60,513 bases of DNA from Alphaproteobacteria bacterium (GTDB lineage Bacteria; Pseudomonadota; Alphaproteobacteria; DATDPM01). The translations under genes and the position numbers were made by a program. Under the pieces are notes generated by a model. That model saw only the letters and a program-made list of their open reading frames with translations, ran no database searches and was not told where the DNA came from. Position 1 is the stretch's first letter; each line of letters opens with the position of its first letter. This document shows, piece after piece, positions 18,252 to 26,181 of this stretch. The stretch lies in assembly GCA_036475545.1 (NCBI GenBank), contig JAZGAE010000036.1, forward strand, positions 1-60,513. The letters are read 5' to 3'.

Positions 18252-19492
18252 TTAGGAAGGGAATAAGAAGCCTCGAACCGCAAGCCGAACACCCAGGCAT
18301 CGCCCAGACCACCAGCCGCCCCCGGATCCGCGACGTACTGGATATCCGGTTGCAGAGCCAGCCAGGGTGTTACCTGAAGGCGGTAGGTCAGTTCAACGTT
18401 GATTTCGCGGCTATCCACCGATTCCCCCGCCAACCGCTGCGCCTCCTCGAAGGGGTCTCCATTATCGGCGATGGCGACGGCCAGCCCGAGCCGGTCCTCG
18501 TCCCGGCCCGGCACCAGGCCGGTGTAGACGCCACCCACCCCGAGATAACGATCGAACTGGTTCACATCATCGTCGGCGATGCCGAAGCGGCCGAAGACCG
18601 CCAGGCCCTGCTCCGGGCTTTCGGGCTCGCGGTAGAGCACCCGTTCGGCCAACACGTAGACGCCTTGATTGCCGGAACGTTGCACCGGATCGCCCGCCGA
18701 ATCGGTGGCCAACACGTCATCGAACCGCGCCGTGAAATGCCAGAAGCCCAGCGCCAGCTTGGTGCCGCGATCATCGAGATAATCGGCTTCGACCGCGATC
18801 AACGCGCCCTCGGATTTGCTCAGGATAATGGCGGTGCGACGCGGGTCGTCGGGGTCGCCCGGGACACCGTCAAGCACCACAGCCTGCAACGACAATGTTT
18901 GCGTCAGCGCAAGGCGCGTGCGAAGAGCCAATGAAGTCACCGGGAATATCGATGGACCGTTCTCGCCGGCTTGAGAAAAATCGGCGCCGATGCCATGGGA
19001 GCTGTTGATGAACAACGAGCCCGTCTCGTTGGCGTCGAATTCGGAATTCAGGTTGTAAAGCCCGGTCTTGATCGAAAAACGCTCGTCCCACAACGCCTGT
19101 TCGTACCAGAACTCGAACAGGCGCACCGCGCCAATCGCATCGATGTTGCTCACCACTTGCGCATCGCCGACGATGTCTTCGCTCAGGGTGTCGTCGGTAT
19201 TGGCCAGCACGTACGCGAAGAACGTCGCGCCGGTCCAACCCCAGGCCCGTTCCGCATCGATCTCCAGCATCAAATCCAGGTTGTCCAAATAGGCGGCGCC
19301 GCGCCGCATTCCGCCCGCGGCATTCCCCCAGATCTCGCCGGTGTACACGGCCTCGAAGGCATATCCCTCGCACGCCAACGGGTCTCCGTCACAACCGGCA
19401 TACCCGTTCGCGCTGTAAACCAGGGCGCTCCCGAGCACCGCCAAGCCATGGACGACACGCTGCGCAAGCACCATGGCCAAGCCTTCATTCAT
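18248..19492 (-). CDS. OprB-family (carbohydrate-selective type) outer-membrane porin
   Basis: ORF 18248..19567. FEFWYEQALWDERFSIKTGLYNLNSEFD..LFINSSHG and ..YLGVGGVYTGLVPGRDEDRLGLAVA.. match OprB-family hallmarks. The start is uncertain: ATG 19492 or 19474. Confidence 0.72.
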   Translation of the reverse strand: MNEGLAMVLAQRVVHGLAVLGSALVYSANGYAGCDGDPLACEGYAFEAVYTGEIWGNAAGGMRRGAAYLDNLDLMLEIDAERAWGWTGATFFAYVLANTDDTLSEDIVGDAQVVSNIDAIGAVRLFEFWYEQALWDERFSIKTGLYNLNSEFDANETGSLFINSSHGIGADFSQAGENGPSIFPVTSLALRTRLALTQTLSLQAVVLDGVPGDPDDPRRTAIILSKSEGALIAVEADYLDDRGTKLALGFWHFTARFDDVLATDSAGDPVQRSGNQGVYVLAERVLYREPESPEQGLAVFGRFGIADDDVNQFDRYLGVGGVYTGLVPGRDEDRLGLAVAIADNGDPFEEAQRLAGESVDSREINVELTYRLQVTPWLALQPDIQYVADPGAAGGLGDAWVFGLRFEASYSLPK

Positions 19493-19822
19493 CGGTGGTT
19501 TCGATCGCTTCGGATACCACCCGTCTCTCAACCTGGAGTTCCCGGATGCGCCCCCGCCTCGAGACATACGGTTGTCCCGGCTCGGGCCGGGGCGGCAGCA
19601 GTCCCAGCGCGCAAGCGCGGATGGGCGCCCGAATCTGGAAAGACATGAGGGGGTCCCCTTCGATATCGGAGGCGGGAACGTCCGGGAATGGCCGCGTTTG
19701 GCGCGCCAGGGTTGGAAGCGGTGGGTCCTAGGGGTGGTGGCGATCCAACCGGCTGGTGGGCCTCGGGCAAAGCCCGCGGCAGGCGGCGCGACGCGGCCGG
19801 GGCCCTGCGGCCCCGTTCCCGG

Positions 19823-20506
19823 TCAAGCTCCCGCGGCGAGCCTTCGGAAGAAGAATCCGGTAAGGCCACCGAGCGCGACCCAGAACGCCGCTGCGGTGAC
19901 CAGCGAGGCCGCCGCGAACTCGGCCGCCAGCTCGGCCGGAACGAGGCCGCCGGGGGCTTGCGCCTCGGGCGCGCCGACGGCGTGGGGCGCCACGATCAGC
20001 ACTATCCCCAGCGCCTTCACTGCCCGGCGCGGCGCGAACACGACCAGCGCAAGCCCCGCGGCCGTCGCCGCCACGGTGGCGAGCCACCATGCCTGGCGCT
20101 CGAAGAGCGGCGCCGCGCTCGTGCCCGGAAGCTCGGGCGGGAGCCCCAACGCCGGCGCCAGGTGAAACACCGCGAACCCGGCAAGTCCCCATAAGACTCC
20201 GCGCCGCCAGTCGACCGAGCGTTCAAGCGCGAAACAGGCGGCAAGCACCAGCGCGAACCCGATGGCGGTCAGAACGTTGGTGAGGACGGTATAGACCGTC
20301 CGCTCGAGCCCCTCCGCGGGCGCCCAGGCGCCCTCTCGATGCTCGGCGCCCTCTCCGACGTGGCCCGCCGCCGTGGCCGGCCCTGCGGCCTCAAAGGTCT
20401 CGGCCTCAAGAACGAGCGGGATGACCCTCACGGACTGGAACGCGGACACGAGAAAACCGCCCGCGATCCCGGCGAGGACCGCCGCGGTCAGAACCTGTCT
20501 TATCAT
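19823..20506 (-). CDS. cbtA: putative cobalt transporter subunit CbtA
   Basis: 227-aa membrane protein, MIRQVLTAAVLAGIAGGFLVSAFQ.. with a His-containing loop. It lies directly downstream of cbtB and a B12 riboswitch. Confidence 0.78.
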   Translation of the reverse strand: MIRQVLTAAVLAGIAGGFLVSAFQSVRVIPLVLEAETFEAAGPATAAGHVGEGAEHREGAWAPAEGLERTVYTVLTNVLTAIGFALVLAACFALERSVDWRRGVLWGLAGFAVFHLAPALGLPPELPGTSAAPLFERQAWWLATVAATAAGLALVVFAPRRAVKALGIVLIVAPHAVGAPEAQAPGGLVPAELAAEFAAASLVTAAAFWVALGGLTGFFFRRLAAGA

Positions 20507-20517
20507 GGCGCCCTCCC

Positions 20518-20721
20518 TTAATGGCAGGGGAAGGCGAAGGCGTGGCGCCCATCATGGGCCGCGTTGTGCAACGCATCCGCGTCGGCGAGCGCGACTCCAT
20601 ACAGGATGAACGCGCCCAGAAGCGCGGCGACCATGGCCGCGATGGCGGCCGCGACGCGTTCCTCCGCGGACCGGGAAAGGGGAAGGGCAGAGGTCGATGT
20701 GGCTGATTTGACGTGACGCAT
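20518..20721 (-). CDS. cbtB: putative cobalt transporter subunit CbtB
   Basis: Small one-TM protein ending ..HNAAHDGRHAFAFPCH, the characteristic CbtB C-terminus. ATG 20721 is preceded by GGGAGAG. Confidence 0.78.
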   Translation of the reverse strand: MRHVKSATSTSALPLSRSAEERVAAAIAAMVAALLGAFILYGVALADADALHNAAHDGRHAFAFPCH

Positions 20722-20789
20722 AACGGACTCTCCCAACTGAGCAGCAGTACACCGTTTTCTGCGTCACCGCGAACGGGGCCAAGAGAGGA

Positions 20790-21040
20790 GAGGCCCGTCC
20801 TCCACCGGGTTCACCCGCCCGATGGGTTCGCGCTGACGGACCGATGGCAGGTCTCCTGGCTCGCGGGTCGTTGTCCGTCTCCTGGCCTTCCCGGTTTCCC
20901 AGTGGCGCTCAGCGGAGACGGGCTCGCCGCCTACAGTTGCGGGAACAGCCGCGGCTTTGATCCCGGTTCGGTTCGATCCCGGACAGGGGCTCGCACCGCG
21001 TTCCCTTTTCGTCCCCCTCTGGGGAACCATCGACGCCGCC
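20790..21040 (-). promoter_or_regulatory. cobalamin (B12) riboswitch upstream of cbtB-cbtA
   Basis: On the minus strand the conserved blocks occur in the correct order: AAGGGAACGCGGTG (about 21008-20993), GCTGTTCCCGCAACTGTAG (20949-20931), GCCACTGGGAA (20908-20898) and the B12 box AGCCAGGAGACCTGCCATCGG (20862-20841). Confidence 0.8.
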
Positions 21041-21137
21041 ACTATATCGTCGAGGGCGGGCCCAGGCAACAAACCACCCGGGGCCACCCAGGCGACCGCG
21101 TCGCGCATCGTGCCCATCCCTCTTCGCTATGCGACCC

Positions 21138-21224
21138 GAGGCAGAGGTCTGAGTGTCTAGAAGTGATAGAAGATGGAGAGGGAGGCAGAGGTCTGAATGC
21201 CTAGAAGTGATAGAAGGCGGAGAG
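21138..21224. repeat. two tandem 43/44-bp copies (GAGGCAGAGGTCTGARTGYCTAGAAGTGATAGAAGRYGGAGAG)
   Basis: Read directly. About 39 of 43 positions are identical by hand alignment. It is a purine-rich, lower-GC patch between the riboswitch and chvI. Confidence 0.9.
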
Positions 21225-21317
21225 GATGGTGCGGACATCGAGCTTCTCGTCATCCGTAATCGGTACGCTCACGCCCACTCCAAGGGCAAAGCCTCTGCTG
21301 CAGCGCCCGTTTCCCAT
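21201..21317 (-). pseudogene. possible relic of the 3' end of a beta-barrel outer-membrane protein gene (38 codons ending ..LSAFYHF)
   Basis: A short minus-strand ORF, MGNGRCSRGFALGVGVSVPITDDEKLDVRTILSAFYHF*, is below the ORF-track cut-off. Its terminal aromatic pattern resembles an OMP beta-signal. Its last codons and stop are duplicated in the adjacent tandem repeat. Confidence 0.3.
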
Positions 21318-21579
21318 AGCGCCGAGAGCAGCTATCCACAAGCCGAAGCGAACCCATCGGGCCCGGGTGCCGCGCCGTCCGGTCCGGTCGCAAGGCGGGA
21401 AATCACAACGAGATCATGGTCTTGCCACAATCGTGGTATCGTTTAAAGTGCGCCTCGGGCAGGGCGGAGCACCCGGGGGTGGAGCCCAGTCTCGAGCGCG
21501 GGAAACGGCCGCCCGGCGGGGCGCGTCGAGGCCCGATGGCCCGGCCGCGGCCGGCAATGGATCGTGAGATCGAAGGGTT

Positions 21580-22290
21580 TTGGTTTTGTCGCACAGCGTC
21601 GCCCTCGTCGATGACGACAGGCACATCTTGGTCTCGGTGTCCATGGCTCTGGAGGCCGAGGGCTTCGCCGTCAGCACCTATGCGGACGGGGAAGAGGCGC
21701 TGCGGGGCCTGCGTGCGAAGCCTGTCGATGTGATCATCCTCGACATCAAGATGCCGCGCATGGACGGGATGGAGCTCCTCAACCGGCTGCGCCAGGAAAG
21801 CCAGGTGCCCGTGATCTTCCTCACCTCCAAGGACGAGGAGATCGACGAGGTCCTGGGGCTCCGGCTGGGGGCCGACGATTACATCAAGAAGCCCTTCTCG
21901 CAGCGCTTGCTCGTGGAGCGGATCCGGGCGCTCTTGCGGCGCCGCGAAATCGCCGCGGACGAAGCCTCGGCCGGCGCCGGCGGCGAGGGGATCATCCGCC
22001 GCGGGGACCTCACGCTCGATTCCGTGCGCCACGTTTGCGCCTGGAGGGGCGCCCACGTTCCCCTCACGGTGACCGAGTTCCTGATCCTGAAATCGCTCGC
22101 CGCGCGGCCCGGCCACGTCAAGAGCAGAGATCAGCTCATGGACGCCGCCTATGGCGAGCATATCTATGTCGACGACCGCACCATCGACAGCCATATCAAA
22201 CGCTTGCGCAGGAAGTTCAAGGAGGCCGACGCCAAGTTCTCTCAGATCGAGACGCTTTACGGCGTCGGCTACCGTTACCGCGAGAGCTGA
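21580..22290 (+). CDS. chvI: OmpR-family response regulator ChvI
   Basis: Receiver domain ([17 protein letters not shown]) plus a winged-helix C-terminus (..[13 protein letters not shown]). TTG start. It is followed by chvG and hprK, as in other alphaproteobacteria. Confidence 0.85.
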   Translation: MVLSHSVALVDDDRHILVSVSMALEAEGFAVSTYADGEEALRGLRAKPVDVIILDIKMPRMDGMELLNRLRQESQVPVIFLTSKDEEIDEVLGLRLGADDYIKKPFSQRLLVERIRALLRRREIAADEASAGAGGEGIIRRGDLTLDSVRHVCAWRGAHVPLTVTEFLILKSLAARPGHVKSRDQLMDAAYGEHIYVDDRTIDSHIKRLRRKFKEADAKFSQIETLYGVGYRYRES

Positions 22291-22298
22291 CGTGGCCA

Positions 22299-24053
22299 AT
22301 GGCGATAAGCGCAGAAGCGGAAACGCCGCAAGACCGCAAGGCGGAAGGCGCCGCCCCTGAGGGGTCCGCCGAGGCGGGGGTCGCGGCCGAAAGGCCGCCT
22401 TCGGCGCCGCCCCAGGCCGCCCCGGGCGGAGCCGTCAAGGCCGGCAAGGCCGGCGCCCGCGTGCGGCGGCGCGGGCCGTTCTCGTCGCTTACCAGGCGCA
22501 TCCTCGCCGTCAACGTGTTGGCGTTGGCGATTCTGGTCGTGGGCGTGCTCTATCTCGACCAGTATCGCCAGGGCCTCATCCGCGCCGAGCTAGAGGCCCT
22601 GACCACCCAGGGCGAGATCTTCGCCGGCGCGCTCGGCGAAGGCGCCGTGGCGATCCCGCCCGACGGTCGGCCCCTGCTGTTGCCAGGCCTGGCGCGGCAG
22701 ATGATGCGCCGCCTGGTCGCGCCCACCGAAACCCGGGCGCGGCTGTTCGACGACGACGGGTTCCTGGTCGCCGACAGCTGGGTGCTCGCGGGGCCCGGCG
22801 GGCTGGTGCTCGTCGAGGAGCTTCCCGCCCCGGGCCTCGGCGGGAACATTGCCGCTTTTCTCGGGGACCTCTACGACTGGATGTTCAACCTTCTTCCGCG
22901 GCGCCGCGATTATCCCCCCTATTCGGAGACGGCGGACCAGAAAGCCGCGGATTACGACGAAGCGGACGCCGCCCTTTGGGGCGAGATCGGCACGGCGGTC
23001 CGCTCCACCTCCGGCGGTGGCCTGATCCTGAGCGTGGCCGTCCCGGTGCAACGTTACAAGCAGATCGTAGGCGCCATTTTGTTATCGACCAGCGATGCCG
23101 ACATCCAGGAGGCGCTGAGGTCCGTGCGCCTCGACATCTTCCGCGCGTTCCTCCTGGCGCTGGGCGTGACCGTTCTGCTCTCCATCTTTCTCGCCGGCAC
23201 CATCGCGCGGCCGGTCCGCCGCCTGGCGCTGGCGGCGGAGAAAGTGACCCACGGCCACGGCCGCAAGGCGACCATCCCCGACTTCGCCGACCGGGGGGAC
23301 GAGATCGGCGACCTGTCCGGGGCGCTGCGTGACATGACCGCGGCGCTGTGGCAACGCATGGACGCGATCGAGCGCTTCGCCGCCGATGTCGCCCACGAGA
23401 TCAAGAACCCGTTGACCTCGCTGAGAAGCGCCGTGGAGACCGCCGCCCGCGTCGAGGACCCGGAGCGCCAGCGGCGCCTCATGGCCATCATTCTCGAGGA
23501 TGTCCAGCGACTCGACCGGCTCATCAGCGACATCTCCAACGCCTCCCGCCTGGATGCCGAGCTCTCCCGGGCCGAGCTCACGCCGGTCGATCTCGTCGGC
23601 ATGCTCACGATGCTGTCGGACCTTTACCGCAGCACCGCGGACGAACACGCCCCGCGAGTCGAGGTCGACCTTCCCGAAGGCGTGGACCTGCTCGTGCCCG
23701 GCATGGAAGGCCGGCTGGTGCAAGTCTTCAGGAACCTCATCGACAACGCCGTCTCGTTCAGCCCGCCGGGCGGCAAGATCGCCTTCAGGGTCGAGCGCGC
23801 CGCCGGCTTCGTTACCGTCACCGTGGATGACGAGGGTCCGGGGATTCCGGAAGGCATGTGCGAGGCCATCTTCAAGCGTTTCTATACGGAGCGTCCGGCG
23901 CAGGAGAAATTCGGGACCCATTCGGGGTTGGGCCTGTCCATCTCGCGGCAGATCATCGAGGCCCACGACGGAAGCGTCACCGCCGAGAACCGCCGTGACG
24001 AAAGGGGCGCAATCCTCGGCGCGCGCTTCGTCGTGCGTCTGCCCACGCATTGA
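22299..24053 (+). CDS. chvG: sensor histidine kinase ChvG/ExoS type
   Basis: ORF 22035..24053, start at ATG 22299. It has two TM segments, a HAMP-like region, the H-box FAADVAHEIKNPL and an ATPase domain (GLGLSISRQI). Confidence 0.85.
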   Translation: MAISAEAETPQDRKAEGAAPEGSAEAGVAAERPPSAPPQAAPGGAVKAGKAGARVRRRGPFSSLTRRILAVNVLALAILVVGVLYLDQYRQGLIRAELEALTTQGEIFAGALGEGAVAIPPDGRPLLLPGLARQMMRRLVAPTETRARLFDDDGFLVADSWVLAGPGGLVLVEELPAPGLGGNIAAFLGDLYDWMFNLLPRRRDYPPYSETADQKAADYDEADAALWGEIGTAVRSTSGGGLILSVAVPVQRYKQIVGAILLSTSDADIQEALRSVRLDIFRAFLLALGVTVLLSIFLAGTIARPVRRLALAAEKVTHGHGRKATIPDFADRGDEIGDLSGALRDMTAALWQRMDAIERFAADVAHEIKNPLTSLRSAVETAARVEDPERQRRLMAIILEDVQRLDRLISDISNASRLDAELSRAELTPVDLVGMLTMLSDLYRSTADEHAPRVEVDLPEGVDLLVPGMEGRLVQVFRNLIDNAVSFSPPGGKIAFRVERAAGFVTVTVDDEGPGIPEGMCEAIFKRFYTERPAQEKFGTHSGLGLSISRQIIEAHDGSVTAENRRDERGAILGARFVVRLPTH

Positions 24054-24087
24054 CACCACGCGCCGTCCGGTCCCACCCTTCCCTTCG

Positions 24088-24522
24088 ATGATCCAAGTTC
24101 ACGGCACCACCGTGGCATTGGACGGCCTCGCCGTGCTGCTCAGGGGCGAGCCCGGAAGCGGCAAATCCGACCTCGCCCTGCGCCTGATCGACGGCGGCGC
24201 GCGGCTCGTTGCCGACGACCAGACCCGCCTTGAGTTGGAGGACGGGCGGTTGATCGCCTCCTGCCCGGGGTCCATAGCCGGGCTCATCGAGGTCCGCGGC
24301 GTCGGCATCCTGCCGGTGGCGAGCCTCGAGAGGGCGCCGCTCGGCCTCGTCGCCGACCTGGTCTCGGAAGAGGCGGTCGAGCGGCTGCCGGAGCCCGCGG
24401 CGTGCGATTTCCTCGGGGTTGCGGTTCCGCTGGTGCGGCTCGCCCCCTATGCGGCCTCGGCCGCGGCCAAGCTGCGCCTTGTCGTTTCCGCAATAAGGCA
24501 AGGTATAATCCCGCGGTCATGA
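24088..24522 (+). CDS. hprK: short HPr kinase/phosphorylase (C-terminal domain only, alphaproteobacterial type)
   Basis: ATG 24088 gives MIQVHGTTVALDGLAVLLRGEPGSGKSDLALRLI.., which has a P-loop. The 144-aa size is typical of truncated alphaproteobacterial HprK. Confidence 0.8.
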   Translation: MIQVHGTTVALDGLAVLLRGEPGSGKSDLALRLIDGGARLVADDQTRLELEDGRLIASCPGSIAGLIEVRGVGILPVASLERAPLGLVADLVSEEAVERLPEPAACDFLGVAVPLVRLAPYAASAAAKLRLVVSAIRQGIIPRS

Positions 24523-25448
24523 CCAAGCCCGTGAAGAGCGGTGCCGTGGGCGCGCGCTCCGGCCTCGCGCCGGACCGAGGCGCGCCCGCGCGGGTGGTGG
24601 TTGTCACCGGGATGTCGGGCGCGGGCCGGTCTTCGGCCCTGAAGATATTCGAGGACCTCGGGTTCGAGGCGATCGACAACATGCCGCTCTCGCTGCTGTC
24701 AAGCCTGGTGCGGCCGGGCAGCGGCTTTCGCCGGCCGCTCGCCATCGGGGTCGACATCCGGACCCGCGACTTCGACGTGAGCCACTTCCTCGAGGCGATC
24801 GATCATCTCCGCGTCCAGGAGGCGCTGGACGTCCGCACCTTGTTCCTCGACTGCGACGACGAGATCCTGCGCCGGCGCTACGCCGAGACCCGCCGCCGAC
24901 ATCCCTTGGCCGCCGACCGGCCGGTGGAGGACGGGATTCGCCACGAGCGCCGGCTGGTCGAGCCGCTGAGAGAATATAGCGACGCGGTCGTCGACACCTC
25001 GAACCTGGGGCTGGGCACGCTGCGCGAAATGCTTCACAGCGACTTCGGCCCCGATCGTGAAGCGGGGGTGACGACCTTCGTGACCTCGTTTTCCTACCGC
25101 CACGGCCTGCCGCGCGAGGCGGACCTGGTGTTCGACGTGCGCTTCTTGGCCAATCCCCATTACGAGGCGGGTCTCCAGCCGCTTACCGGCCGCGACCCGG
25201 GTGTGGCCGACTTCATCGCCGCGGATCCCGGATTCGCCCCGTTCTTGGAGGCGATGGTGGACCTGCTGTTGCCGCTGCTACCGCGCTTCGAGCGCGAGGG
25301 GAAAAGCTATCTCACCATCGCGGTGGGATGCACCGGCGGGCGGCACCGCTCCGTCTTCGTGGCGGAAAGGCTTGCTTCCCTGTTGCGTGACCAGGGCCAG
25401 CGGGTCACTGTCCGCCATCGCGATATCGATCGGGCCACCGCACTCTAA
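24519..25448 (+). CDS. rapZ: RNase adapter / nucleotide-binding protein RapZ
   Basis: ATG 24519 overlaps the hprK stop (ATGA). It has the P-loop VVVVTGMSGAGRSSALK and the C-terminal ..IAVGCTGGRHRSV motif. Confidence 0.85.
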   Translation: MTKPVKSGAVGARSGLAPDRGAPARVVVVTGMSGAGRSSALKIFEDLGFEAIDNMPLSLLSSLVRPGSGFRRPLAIGVDIRTRDFDVSHFLEAIDHLRVQEALDVRTLFLDCDDEILRRRYAETRRRHPLAADRPVEDGIRHERRLVEPLREYSDAVVDTSNLGLGTLREMLHSDFGPDREAGVTTFVTSFSYRHGLPREADLVFDVRFLANPHYEAGLQPLTGRDPGVADFIAADPGFAPFLEAMVDLLLPLLPRFEREGKSYLTIAVGCTGGRHRSVFVAERLASLLRDQGQRVTVRHRDIDRATAL

Positions 25449-25468
25449 TTTGTGCTAAAGGTTCGCCC

Positions 25469-25873
25469 ATGATTGGTATGGTTCTGGTAACCCACGGCCG
25501 TCTCGCCGCCGAGTTCGTCGCGGCGCTCGAGCACGTGGTCGGTCCGCAGCGCAACATCCGCGCCATCTGCATCGGTCCCGACGACGATATGGAGCGGCGC
25601 CGCAAGGAGATTCTCGACAGCGTCGCGAAGGCGGACGAGGGCGACGGGGTGGTGGTGCTCACCGACATGTTCGGCGGCACGCCCTCGAATCTTGCGATCT
25701 CCATCATGGACGCCGCGAACGTCGAGGTTATCGCCGGCGTCAATCTGCCGCTGCTGGTCAAGCTCGCCACGGTGCGCGAGCGCGAATCGCTGACGAAAGC
25801 GGTCGCTAACGCCCAGAAGGCCGGTCGCAAGTACATCAACGTGGCATCCAGGCTTCTGGAGGATGAGAAATAA
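25469..25873 (+). CDS. manX: PTS EIIA component, mannose family
   Basis: 134-aa ORF MIGMVLVTHGRLAAEF.. with the conserved His in VTHG, plus ..LTDMFGGTPSN. Confidence 0.8.
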   Translation: MIGMVLVTHGRLAAEFVAALEHVVGPQRNIRAICIGPDDDMERRRKEILDSVAKADEGDGVVVLTDMFGGTPSNLAISIMDAANVEVIAGVNLPLLVKLATVRERESLTKAVANAQKAGRKYINVASRLLEDEK

Positions 25874-26181
25874 TGGTCAAGGGGGACGGCTGGCGGGGTG
25901 ACGGGTCGGACGCCGGCGTCCGCAAGACCGTCACCATCGTCAATCGACGAGGTCTGCACGCCCGCGCGGCGGCGCGGTTCGTGAAAGTCGCGGCCAAGTT
26001 CGACGCCGAGGTGAGCGTCGCCAAGAACGGCACCGTGGTCTCGGGGCTCTCCATCATGGGCCTGATGATGCTCGCCGCCGGTTCGGGCAGCGATATAGAG
26101 ATCCAGGCCACCGGGGCCGAGGCCAAGCGCGCCATCGCCGCCCTGGGTCGGCTCATTGCGAACAAGTTCCATGAGGAATAG
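25873..26181 (+). CDS. ptsH: HPr-family phosphocarrier protein (NPr/HPr)
   Basis: IVNRRGLHARAAARF contains the active-site His. The VSGLSIMGLMML region contains the regulatory Ser. The ATG overlaps the preceding TAA. Confidence 0.85.
   Translation: MVKGDGWRGDGSDAGVRKTVTIVNRRGLHARAAARFVKVAAKFDAEVSVAKNGTVVSGLSIMGLMMLAAGSGSDIEIQATGAEAKRAIAALGRLIANKFHEE

Noticed and set aside
19493-19822. Second cobalamin riboswitch in the gap between cbtA and the porin.
   Set aside because: There is no B12 box, no GCCACTG motif and no GGGAA..GGTG block on the minus strand. Only a short GC hairpin follows cbtA.
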